This document shows positions 26,643 to 34,557 of a stretch of DNA of 64,000 nt, in pieces; position 1 is the stretch's first letter; every line of letters begins with the position of its first letter. A model generated the notes under the pieces. That model ran no database searches, was not told the origin of the DNA, and worked only from the letters and a program-made list of their open reading frames with translations. Location: the IMG/VR virus record IMGVR_UViG_3300044878_000204, positions 1,757-65,756 of that record; one strand, written 5' to 3'. Source of the stretch: a virus. The position numbers were made by a program, and so were the translations under genes.

Positions 26643-26671
26643 ATTATGCAGCAGAAATGAAAACGCGTCAA
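26643..26671 (-). promoter_or_regulatory. Early promoter TTGACG-17-CATAAT plus conserved leader
   Basis: Minus-strand tgaaataagtgTTGACGcgttttcatttctgctgCATAATcggCTCATCGAAACG. Confidence 0.7.
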
Positions 26672-26718
26672 CACTTATTTCAAAGTATTAACGCGTTTGG
26701 TGAAACGACCGACGAAGG

Positions 26719-27114
26719 TCATTTGGACTCTGCAGCCTTCCTTGCCTTCTCCTGGGCGATCCGCTCCTCAACCACCGGGCGAATATCGCCACGGATCTGC
26801 TTGTTCTCAGTGCCAGGGCGCCATTCAAAGTTCATACCTTGGTAGTTGACGTATGTTGAGTTGCCCTGCTGTCGGATTTTGACCTGGATGCCTTGCTTGG
26901 TCCTGGCCGTCATCTCTGTCCCGCCTTTCTCGCCGTACGGAACTGGAGCAGGCGCCTGCTTTTCGCTGCTGGACTTTGCAACAGTCTTCTTGGCTGATCC
27001 GCCTCCAGAGCCGAACTGGCCGTTGGACTTGCGCTGTTGGTCGTCGCGAGCGGCCAGCGCTTCATCCATTTGCTTGAGGCTGCCGATGAGTCCTTTAACG
27101 TCTTCTGTTTTCAT
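26719..27114 (-). CDS. Hypothetical early protein, Gly/Lys-rich middle region
   Basis: ORF with a possible promoter at 27145-27172. Confidence 0.5.
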   Translation of the reverse strand: MKTEDVKGLIGSLKQMDEALAARDDQQRKSNGQFGSGGGSAKKTVAKSSSEKQAPAPVPYGEKGGTEMTARTKQGIQVKIRQQGNSTYVNYQGMNFEWRPGTENKQIRGDIRPVVEERIAQEKARKAAESK

Positions 27115-27144
27115 GTTGGTTGTCCGGATTGGGTTAAGCCTTCA

Positions 27145-27172
27145 TTATAAGCCTGTGTCAGTCTGACGTCTA
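27145..27172 (-). promoter_or_regulatory. Possible promoter (TAGACG-16-TATAAT) inside a 10-bp palindrome
   Basis: CTGTGTCAGT...ACTGACACAG palindrome at 27154-27193; minus-strand -10 TATAAT. Confidence 0.4.
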
Positions 27173-27212
27173 TAGGATTAACACTGACACAGCGAAATAC
27201 AAACGCCATCAT

Positions 27213-27497
27213 TCAGCCTTCACGGCGCCACATGAAGTCCCGTTCGTGCTCAATGGCCAGTTCATAATGGAAGCCTTCCGGCGAGTCGGCGCTGGCACAA
27301 CTATAGCCGCGAGTCAACCTGGCGCCGATCTGGGCCTTGGTCATGTCGCGAGTACAGCCGTACTGGCGCAGTACCGCTTGGCAAATCTGACCGACCCGGC
27401 TGGTATGGAGGCCTTCCCGCGTCGCAATATCGGCCATCGGAATACCGCTCAGGTTGTCCATCAGGATGCGCTTGTTTCGATTACGACTCACCATCAA
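27213..27497 (-). CDS. Small sigma-70 region-4-like HTH protein (candidate transcription regulator)
   Basis: LSGIPMADIATREGLHTSRVGQICQAVLRQ fits the region 4.2 helix-turn-helix pattern; only 94 aa, so not a full sigma factor. Confidence 0.55.
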   Translation of the reverse strand: MMVSRNRNKRILMDNLSGIPMADIATREGLHTSRVGQICQAVLRQYGCTRDMTKAQIGARLTRGYSCASADSPEGFHYELAIEHERDFMWRREG

Positions 27498-27768
27498 CCT
27501 CCAAAGTGCCGCAGATATCAGCGAGCATCATAGACAGATTAGCAACGTCTGCGGCGTACTCCAGGATTCCAATTCCGTCCTTATCCTTCACGGCCTTCTG
27601 GAGCTTTCCGAAGTGATAGATGATTTCGAGCAGGCAAGTGTCGGATGACATGGAAAGCCATCCATCTCGGTCGCCCTTGCCAGAGTTCAAGTTGAGTTCT
27701 AACTCCATACTCTTTATGAACGGAGCGAGGACAACTGCGTATTTGTCGACTATTCGAACAATGGCCAT
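27481..27768 (-). CDS. MazG-like all-alpha nucleotide pyrophosphohydrolase (tentative)
   Basis: LLEIIYHFGKL...ILEYAADVANLSMMLA resembles the MazG/HisE EExGE...E..D..Y motifs; start MAIVRIV overlaps the upstream stop. Confidence 0.45.
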   Translation of the reverse strand: MAIVRIVDKYAVVLAPFIKSMELELNLNSGKGDRDGWLSMSSDTCLLEIIYHFGKLQKAVKDKDGIGILEYAADVANLSMMLADICGTLEVDGES

Positions 27769-28040
27769 CACGCCACCTTTCCTGGAGCAAACTGTCCTTT
27801 GAACCGGTTGCGTTTCGCGGCTGTAGCTTCCGCTCCACGCGCACGGGCCTTGCACGAACACTCGTAGCATTGCATTTGGTGCCGAGGCGCACGCGACCTA
27901 CGCACGTACTCACGGTTACGGGTGAACTCTTCTCCGCACGCGCAACGGATCTTGAACTGGTCCTGGGTCTTATTCTGTGCGATGATCTTCGCGCCGTCCT
28001 TCATGAATCCCAGAAAATTGATGCGAGCGCCAGCCATCAA
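27768..28040 (-). CDS. Cys-rich small protein
   Basis: CACGEEF...CYECSC pattern. Confidence 0.45.
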   Translation of the reverse strand: MMAGARINFLGFMKDGAKIIAQNKTQDQFKIRCACGEEFTRNREYVRRSRAPRHQMQCYECSCKARARGAEATAAKRNRFKGQFAPGKVA

Positions 28041-28567
28041 ATGCCTCCTTTATCTTTTGTGTGGAGCTTGAGCCAAGATGATGTATCGACGCCTTCGACG
28101 TTGACGAACGGCGCTTTGACCTCGGCGGTGTACTGTTGATTTCGGTCATCCAACTCGCGCTGGATGGTTTGGCGGATGACTTCCGCAGCTTCGTCCTCGC
28201 TCAAGCCTGCGATTTCCGGAACGATCCTCATCAACACGATTGGGCTGCCGTCGTGGATTGGCACGGCCACAAACCGCCCATCCTTCTCCGTATCAGGAAT
28301 GACAGGCCGCATCGAACAACGACGGTTCCAGCGATAGTACGGGCCGTCATAGGCGTGTGGATTTCTCTTGCGGTCCTGCCTCGCCAGAACGCTGAAGCGT
28401 GGTTTGCTGGCGAGCTTGTCCGACTTCAGACTCAACGTCAGAGCTTGCTTCATCAGGAATGGAAGGTGGCACGGAATCGAACCGTGCTGACGGAAGTTCG
28501 CGTGACAGATCTTCCAGAGTTGCTTGGCGGTTACGATGTCCGTGCTCACGATTAGATCCCCATCCAC
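28037..28567 (-). CDS. Hypothetical early protein
   Basis: ORF coupled by a 4-nt overlap. Confidence 0.5.
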   Translation of the reverse strand: MDGDLIVSTDIVTAKQLWKICHANFRQHGSIPCHLPFLMKQALTLSLKSDKLASKPRFSVLARQDRKRNPHAYDGPYYRWNRRCSMRPVIPDTEKDGRFVAVPIHDGSPIVLMRIVPEIAGLSEDEAAEVIRQTIQRELDDRNQQYTAEVKAPFVNVEGVDTSSWLKLHTKDKGGI

Positions 28568-28809
28568 TTGACTTCGTTATCAGCCTTGCGCCATGCAGCT
28601 CGCCACCAGGCCCAATTTACGCTGCTGATTTTATACGGGTTATCGTCAAGCGTCAACTTGAGAACGATCCGATCATGACGGCCTTGGCGCTTGGCGTTGA
28701 TCTCAGTCAACTTGCGTAGCTTAGGCGCGGCAGATTTCGCGGCATCATCTACCCAGCACTCAACACGAACACCGTCGATTTCGATGTATACATCATTTGG
28801 ATCGATCAT
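28552..28809 (-). CDS. Hypothetical early protein
   Basis: ORF. Confidence 0.45.
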   Translation of the reverse strand: MIDPNDVYIEIDGVRVECWVDDAAKSAAPKLRKLTEINAKRQGRHDRIVLKLTLDDNPYKISSVNWAWWRAAWRKADNEVKWMGI

Positions 28810-29099
28810 CTCTGGACCTCACCGCCAAACACGTGCCAAACGAACCGCCCGCCAGACGTCTGAAATGTACCGACATAGTTGTGTTCGTTGATGCCGGTGA
28901 ACTCTGGAATTTGATGGCCGGTTCCGACGGTAACAAATTGAAAGTCCACGGCTTCGTTATTGGTCTCAACCAGGGCCCACGCCACTGCTGCACTCGGCTG
29001 TCCGTCCTGCGCCTGGACGTCCAATACAACGGCGCCCTTTGGCATCTTGATCGGCATGTTCTGGCCGATGTCCACCGGGTACTTATAGATTGTTCGCAT
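28806..29099 (-). CDS. Hypothetical early protein
   Basis: ORF. Confidence 0.5.
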   Translation of the reverse strand: MRTIYKYPVDIGQNMPIKMPKGAVVLDVQAQDGQPSAAVAWALVETNNEAVDFQFVTVGTGHQIPEFTGINEHNYVGTFQTSGGRFVWHVFGGEVQR

Positions 29100-29271
29100 C
29101 TTTCAATTCCTCCAAAGGAAATTTAGCCAGTTGTTTCAGAAGGCGAACGTCAACAAATACCATGTTGACCGATCCGTCGCGACAAGTCTCGTTTGGCATA
29201 CCAGAACGTTCAACTTGCGCCTTGAAATTCTCAGCGATACGTGCGACCGCCTCAAGCTGTTTGTGGTCCAT
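29083..29271 (-). CDS. Hypothetical small protein
   Basis: ORF. Confidence 0.4.
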   Translation of the reverse strand: MDHKQLEAVARIAENFKAQVERSGMPNETCRDGSVNMVFVDVRLLKQLAKFPLEELKDANNL

Positions 29272-29828
29272 CAGACATCTCCAGATTTATCGAAGTCACG
29301 ATTATATACGAGTATGCCGTCAATTAGGCAAGTCCCATCGCCATCCCATTTCACATCCGAAGGAATCTCCAGCAGCTTCGGCTTTAGGACTTCATCCCAT
29401 TCGCCTGTAGCGGTGTTAAAGAGCCCAGAGACGTACGGGATCGTCACGCGGTTGGTCGCGTCAGGGTTATGGTTGAGATCCATGTTGGCATCGAGCAAGG
29501 CCGCGAAAATGGCGCCTTCAAGCGAACGGTCAACAATCATCACGTTCTCGCGGCTGTACTCAATGTCAGTTACGGCCTGCGAGTCACCAGAAATGTCGAA
29601 GGTGGTTGTTGCCTGTCTGTCAGGACCAGACGCAAGATCCATCCCAATGGTAGGCACCGAGTGACATTGACGAAGCCCATCCAGAGACATCCTGATGCGC
29701 GCCTTTGCCTCTTCGTACGTCTCGCCAGCAGCGATGCAGACGCCTGCCAAAGCTGCGATTTTATCAAGCCACTCGCCGGAAGCGGTTGACGGGTTTGGTT
29801 GCATCAGGTTCAACGGATCGTCGCTCAT
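29271..29828 (-). CDS. Hypothetical early protein
   Basis: Start MSDDPLNL chosen so that it overlaps the upstream stop; the ORF is open up to 29957. Confidence 0.5.
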   Translation of the reverse strand: MSDDPLNLMQPNPSTASGEWLDKIAALAGVCIAAGETYEEAKARIRMSLDGLRQCHSVPTIGMDLASGPDRQATTTFDISGDSQAVTDIEYSRENVMIVDRSLEGAIFAALLDANMDLNHNPDATNRVTIPYVSGLFNTATGEWDEVLKPKLLEIPSDVKWDGDGTCLIDGILVYNRDFDKSGDV

Positions 29829-30268
29829 CAAATTTCTCCTTCGATTACACGAAGCGCGAACTTGGCGCCTGGATACATGCGGATGGTTTTGCTGGTGAGC
29901 CACTTCAGGTCGCAGCCTTCGATGCAGTCGTAAATCGCGCCGCGTTCGCAGGACCAATCACCGCCAGCGACATCCGGACCGAACCAAAGCAGGTGATACA
30001 CTTCTGCGCGATACCAAGGCGGTGGAGCCAGACCGTCCAAACTCAGACGGTACGACTTGATCCAAATCACCTCGTGGAATGGCTGGTCTGGGTCTTCAAG
30101 GCCTAGATACTCAGCCGTGCTGAAATACGTCGGACCTGCGAGCTTGGCTGGCGCGGCCATCAACGCTAGGCAATCCGGGCAATCGGACGCAAGCAGCGTA
30201 ACGTATCCTTCCTTCAACTTACACATCGTTGCGTTGGCGATTTCTTCTGACGGCGCGTGCCTGATCAT
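29828..30268 (-). CDS. Hypothetical early protein
   Basis: Early promoter at 30302-30330 upstream. Confidence 0.5.
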   Translation of the reverse strand: MIRHAPSEEIANATMCKLKEGYVTLLASDCPDCLALMAAPAKLAGPTYFSTAEYLGLEDPDQPFHEVIWIKSYRLSLDGLAPPPWYRAEVYHLLWFGPDVAGGDWSCERGAIYDCIEGCDLKWLTSKTIRMYPGAKFALRVIEGEI

Positions 30269-30301
30269 TACACTCTCCAGTTGATTCGTTTCGATGAGGT
30301 G

Positions 30302-30330
30302 ATTATCCGCTTACTCAAAGTGGAAGGCAA
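30302..30330 (-). promoter_or_regulatory. Early promoter TTGCCT-17-GATAAT plus conserved leader
   Basis: Minus-strand TTGCCTtccactttgagtaagcgGATAATcacCTCATCGAAACG. Confidence 0.6.
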
Positions 30331-30410
30331 CAGTTATGTTCACTTTCTTCGGACATAAAGAAGCCCGGTGGGATCGACTCGCACCGGGCTTGAATTTGGT
30401 CTTGCTGGAG

Positions 30411-30860
30411 TTAGTGAGCGGTCAGGCCGTCACGATGTTCGGTGATGAAGAATTTGTACATCACATCTTCAAATTCGAAGTCTGCTTTGCCCCAGAGCTT
30501 CAGCGCTCCACGGAACTTGATGTGCTGGCTCAGCGGGAGGTTCAAGGCGACGAACGCCTGACGCACCGACCGGAACTCTTCACCGCGACCGTTCCACACA
30601 ACCATCACGTGGTCACGGGCCGAGCGGGCTTCGGCAACCTTCGGGTCTTTCCAGGTTGCCGCGACCGCCTTAGACAGTGTCTGAGTGGTCTTACCGCCGG
30701 TGATTTCTTCAAGCAGGACCAAGACCTTTTCCTCAGCGACTTGGCGGGACTTGAAGCGTTTGATCGGATCTTCCTTGTGATACTTGTTGTAGAAAGCTAC
30801 CAAATCCTTAGTTTCCATGCTCCTTACTTGCGCGATTACTTTGTCCATTTCGTTCACCAT
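30411..30860 (-). CDS. Early protein, paralogue B (paralogous to 23999-24655)
   Basis: Shares TKDLVAFYN...NGRGEEFRSVRQAFVALNLP...HIKFR with the 23999 ORF. Confidence 0.6.
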   Translation of the reverse strand: MVNEMDKVIAQVRSMETKDLVAFYNKYHKEDPIKRFKSRQVAEEKVLVLLEEITGGKTTQTLSKAVAATWKDPKVAEARSARDHVMVVWNGRGEEFRSVRQAFVALNLPLSQHIKFRGALKLWGKADFEFEDVMYKFFITEHRDGLTAH

Positions 30861-30922
30861 TATTCTGGGTGGTTAGATAAGCAGCGTTTCGATCTGCTTA
30901 TCTAAAGAATAGGTGAGGAACA

Positions 30923-31201
30923 TCAAATAAGCAAACTCGAATGGTGAGAAGACGACGAACGGCAGTTTTCCTTGAGTACGCGCCCGATTTTATTGAGTTC
31001 GTCTTCAGGCCCTCCAGTCCAAACCAGCGGCAGCCCTGTGTTGAGGTCGGCCAACTCGATCTTGGCGAACTCCGCGCCGTCGAAGTTAACGAACACCGAC
31101 TTGACGATTACCTCTACCGTCTTAAAGCCCTGCTCCACCTCGATGATGTCGTTGACGTTGAGACGGCGGGCCTTGGTCATGACTTCGTGCTTGCTGGTCA
31201 T
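30923..31201 (-). CDS. Hypothetical early protein
   Basis: ORF. Confidence 0.45.
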   Translation of the reverse strand: MTSKHEVMTKARRLNVNDIIEVEQGFKTVEVIVKSVFVNFDGAEFAKIELADLNTGLPLVWTGGPEDELNKIGRVLKENCRSSSSHHSSLLI

Positions 31202-31286
31202 CCTTTATTCTCCATTCTAGTTATTCAGCCTGACGATTATCTACCTATCGCTATAAGGAAGCAAGCGATTTGCTATATTCGCGACT

Positions 31287-31327
31287 AAATAAAAGCCCGA
31301 AAGTTCTGAGGCTTTCGGGCTTTTATT
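31287..31327. terminator. Strong bidirectional rho-independent terminator
   Basis: AAAAGCCCGAAAG-ttctgag-GCTTTCGGGCTTTTATT. Confidence 0.8.
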
Positions 31328-31551
31328 CAAGTCTTGAGCACGGGCGTCGAGCGCGCATCTGCGACCATCTGGATCAACTTCTTGCACCGCTTGCACTCGA
31401 CATCGAGCGGATAGGTCGATGATTTACCAACCCTTCCGCACAGCGTGCCTTTCAAGCCCAGCGACTCGTATTGCGCCGCTTGATGAGCCGGAATCTTCTG
31501 GTGTTCGTTAAAGTTGTACAGATGGACCTTATAGCGCGCTTGACTAGCCAT
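31327..31551 (-). CDS. Small zinc-ribbon-like protein
   Basis: CGRVGK...CKRCKK; followed by a strong terminator. Confidence 0.5.
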   Translation of the reverse strand: MASQARYKVHLYNFNEHQKIPAHQAAQYESLGLKGTLCGRVGKSSTYPLDVECKRCKKLIQMVADARSTPVLKT

Positions 31552-31559
31552 GATAGAGC

Positions 31560-32405
31560 CTACTTGACCGGGACGAACGGAACGGCTGAGCCTGGGAGCA
31601 TGGTACTAGGCAACTTGCCGTCCCACTTTTCGATTGCGTTCAGCTCGACCACGCCGGGGTTATCGCGCAACGCCTTGCCACGGATGGTGATGGATTCGGC
31701 CTCACCTTGAGCACGCGAGATTGCCGCATCCTTCTCGCCTTTAGCCTTCTCGCGCTCCTTGTCGGCCTCAGCCTTGACTTGGGCGACTTCGTTTTCACGT
31801 TGGGCGGTCTTCTGGGTGGATTCGATCTTGGCGTTGAGCGCGTCCACGACCTTGGGTGGCAAACCGATCTTGCCGTTGATATAGATGTTCGTCACCAGCA
31901 AGCCCTTCTTGCCGAAGGCGGTGCGTATGCGACTTTCAACGTCCTTGAAGAACTCTTCTTTGTTCTTGCCGTAGATGTTTTCTGCGGTCAACTTGGAAGA
32001 CGCATTGTTGAGTTCGGTCTTGACGACTTGAGGGACATTCGTCTTGATGATCTCGTACATGGACTTGCGATAGGTCTGGAAGAGCATCGGCGCGGCACCG
32101 GGCGCGGCCTTGATCGTGATGCCGATGTCCGCCGTGATTTCCATCCCGTCCACGTCCTGGAACGTGATGATGCCGAGGTTTTCGTTTTGGTCAAACGTCG
32201 GGAACTTATACAGCTCCTGGGACGGCGTAAGGAACTTCCAGCCGGTGCCTTCCTCGACCGCTTGAACGCCCTTTTCAGAGCCCATCATGTTGACGATGAC
32301 GCCGGTGTAGCCCATCGGCACCCGTTCGGCGCTCGCAAACAGCCCGATGGCGATTGCGAGAACACCAAGGAAGCCGAGCAATCGGCCAATAGTAACGTTG
32401 ATCAT
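31560..32405 (-). CDS. SPFH/band-7 (stomatin/prohibitin/HflC-like) membrane protein
   Basis: N-terminal transmembrane helix LLGFLGVLAIAIGLFASA, an SPFH core, and a coiled coil ENEVAQVKAEADKEREKAKGEKDAAISRAQGEAESI. Confidence 0.8.
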   Translation of the reverse strand: MINVTIGRLLGFLGVLAIAIGLFASAERVPMGYTGVIVNMMGSEKGVQAVEEGTGWKFLTPSQELYKFPTFDQNENLGIITFQDVDGMEITADIGITIKAAPGAAPMLFQTYRKSMYEIIKTNVPQVVKTELNNASSKLTAENIYGKNKEEFFKDVESRIRTAFGKKGLLVTNIYINGKIGLPPKVVDALNAKIESTQKTAQRENEVAQVKAEADKEREKAKGEKDAAISRAQGEAESITIRGKALRDNPGVVELNAIEKWDGKLPSTMLPGSAVPFVPVK

Positions 32406-32632
32406 TTTGAATCCTCTTCGGTTGGTTGAATTTCTACTTCAGGTTTGGCTTTCTTGAACATTTGGTCCGTGAAGAACGCGTACACCACAATCGCCCAGAT
32501 AATCAGCACGCAGATGCCGATTCCAACGACGACATTGTCTTTTTCGTTCAACAGATGCGGAGCGATGACGCGAACGATGATCGCCGACGACAGCAATACC
32601 ACGACCATGCCAAGCAGTCTGAGCGGGCTCAT
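32402..32632 (-). CDS. Small two-transmembrane-helix membrane protein, probable partner of the SPFH protein
   Basis: Two hydrophobic helices; stop overlaps the SPFH start. Confidence 0.55.
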   Translation of the reverse strand: MSPLRLLGMVVVLLSSAIIVRVIAPHLLNEKDNVVVGIGICVLIIWAIVVYAFFTDQMFKKAKPEVEIQPTEEDSK

Positions 32633-33087
32633 GCTTGGCGCTCCAGATAGATGGCGAAACGGTCACTGCCTTGGACATCCTCGACCTTTTCATTTTCGCA
32701 TCCGCAAGCAGGGCAGAAGCGATAAAGAGCAGTCCAGTTGCGCGACTCAGGCTGCGCGTCGTTGACACGAATCAGGCGCTCGGTGAACGGCGCTTCCGGG
32801 AATTGGCGGACCCAGCCGCGACCGATGGCGTGATTGCACGGCTCTGGCTTGTCTAACACTGCCTCGACGACGCTCGCAGCGACGCCCACCAACGCCACCA
32901 CGCCGGTAGACGCGCCCGCTACCGTGGCAACGCCCATCAACAACTCTTTGGCGCGGCTGTGCCAGTCAATCTTGTTCTCGCAATGCGCGGCGCGGTCGGC
33001 CTTCTCAGGCGTAGTGGACTTGGCAAGAATTTTCTCGTACTTGGAGATGTCGCGCTCATGCTGGCTTACGAGTTCGTTGATGTTCAT
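32629..33087 (-). CDS. Membrane-anchored protein with a C-terminal zinc ribbon
   Basis: Central transmembrane helix GVATVAGASTGVVALVGVAASVV and a CPACGC motif. Confidence 0.5.
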   Translation of the reverse strand: MNINELVSQHERDISKYEKILAKSTTPEKADRAAHCENKIDWHSRAKELLMGVATVAGASTGVVALVGVAASVVEAVLDKPEPCNHAIGRGWVRQFPEAPFTERLIRVNDAQPESRNWTALYRFCPACGCENEKVEDVQGSDRFAIYLERQA

Positions 33088-33401
33088 GCTTCACCTTCCA
33101 GAGTCATCTTGACTTTAATCCATGTGACATCATCGATTGGATTGCCGATGAAAACTCTCCCTGTCTGAAGATTTATGATAAAGATGGAATCTTTCAGCGC
33201 GTCGTGCACCGCATCCTTGATCGTCTCGTTGCTGTTCTTCATAGCTTGGTACGCCGAGACATCGACTCGCATGCAAACCGCTCCATCACGCAGGAACGTC
33301 TCGCCGCGCTTGGCATCGCTGAGTTTCGGTCGAGCAACTTCATCGCAGGCAGCTGCAAACTCAATTGCCGAAGGTTTTGTGAACGTCTTGATCTGGATCA
33401 T
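33084..33401 (-). CDS. Hypothetical early protein
   Basis: ORF. Confidence 0.45.
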   Translation of the reverse strand: MIQIKTFTKPSAIEFAAACDEVARPKLSDAKRGETFLRDGAVCMRVDVSAYQAMKNSNETIKDAVHDALKDSIFIINLQTGRVFIGNPIDDVTWIKVKMTLEGEA

Positions 33402-33404
33402 TAA

Positions 33405-33653
33405 TCAAGCCTCAATAAAGAACAGGTTAGTTGGCACGGTCTTCTCGCCGTCAACGACGATGGCCGCTTGATACTGCCATTTGATCGACTGGCTGTTCTT
33501 CAGCCACAACTCGCCGTTTGGATCGACATTGAACCGCTGGCCGCGCTTGAACTTGCCTCCAGTATCCGGGCAAAAGTAAGGTCCAAGCAAAGACACAACC
33601 ACGCGATTACCAGAGGCCTTCGCATCTTCCACGAGCTGGTTCCAAGTCGTCAT
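33405..33653 (-). CDS. Hypothetical early protein
   Basis: ORF. Confidence 0.45.
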   Translation of the reverse strand: MTTWNQLVEDAKASGNRVVVSLLGPYFCPDTGGKFKRGQRFNVDPNGELWLKNSQSIKWQYQAAIVVDGEKTVPTNLFFIEA

Positions 33654-33913
33654 TTGAACAACTCCGGCTTATCGATGATCTTGGCGGAGTAGCCCTTTCT
33701 GGATTGTTGATCGATGATGTCGCGAAGGTTCTTCTGATCGAACACGCAGTTCTCACGGAACTTCAGAACCCGGCTCGCCTCGCGGCAGGAATGGGCGTCC
33801 AACAGACAGAAGCCAGGACCGGCAATGTGCGCAGCGTATCGTGGCTCAGAGGTGGTTGATTCGGTTACTTCGATTACTTTAAACGACATTTCAGTGAACC
33901 TTTCACTATTCAT
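33650..33913 (-). CDS. Hypothetical early protein
   Basis: ORF. Confidence 0.45.
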   Translation of the reverse strand: MNSERFTEMSFKVIEVTESTTSEPRYAAHIAGPGFCLLDAHSCREASRVLKFRENCVFDQKNLRDIIDQQSRKGYSAKIIDKPELFK

Positions 33914-33960
33914 CAGGTCTGGCGATTCTACTTGTAAGCAGAATCGCCGTCTACAACTAT

Positions 33961-34206
33961 TTAGGCGAACGTATAGTCACCGGTGAGATACCAACGGCCA
34001 TTAGAAAGAAGGCGCGCAGCTTGATACACGCAACCGTCCTTGACGAACTTCGCCAATCCGGTATTGACATTCGCGTCAGTCAACAGAAAGAACGACACGC
34101 GCTCGGCACCTACTACGTCCATAGTAGTCTGGCGCAATTGCTTGAGTTGCGCTGCCGTTATTTGAAACCGGCGAGTATTCATGAGGCTTACGAATCGCGC
34201 TTCCAT
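33961..34206 (-). CDS. Hypothetical protein, first gene of the leftward early operon
   Basis: Promoter at 34236-34264 upstream. Confidence 0.45.
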   Translation of the reverse strand: MEARFVSLMNTRRFQITAAQLKQLRQTTMDVVGAERVSFFLLTDANVNTGLAKFVKDGCVYQAARLLSNGRWYLTGDYTFA

Positions 34207-34235
34207 CTCATTCTCTCTTTCTGTTGGTGTGACGA

Positions 34236-34264
34236 TATCTTAACGCCATCTCAGAATGGAAGCA
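34236..34264 (-). promoter_or_regulatory. Promoter of the leftward early operon (TTGCTT-17-TAAGAT)
   Basis: Minus-strand cgaaatagtggTTGCTTccattctgagatggcgtTAAGAT; its upstream context matches the tgaaataagtgTTGACG family. Confidence 0.5.
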
Positions 34265-34358
34265 ACCACTATTTCGCTCTGCCGAATGACTATTAAACCG
34301 AACCAATCGACGCGGCCAGGGTCGTATCTCTATACACATCCCGCGAATAAGAGGAAGT

Positions 34359-34484
34359 CATGGCAAAACTCCAAGGAATAAAGGACGATGGGCGAACTTT
34401 CATTGTCGTCAAGGCCAACGGTGGTGTCGTTTACTTCAACTGCGTAGTCCCGGTTCCACCTGATTACAAGCCAAACAGAAAGTA
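34359..34484 (+). CDS. Possible 41-aa peptide
   Basis: AGGAAG RBS 3 nt upstream of the ATG; MAKLQGIKDDGRTFIVVKANGGVVYFNCVVPVPPDYKPNRK. Confidence 0.3.
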
Positions 34485-34557
34485 GCCTGACGGCAACTAG
34501 CTCTGATAGTTGCACACGCTATATACTTGGTCCATATCCAGTGTGGACCAGTCTTTA

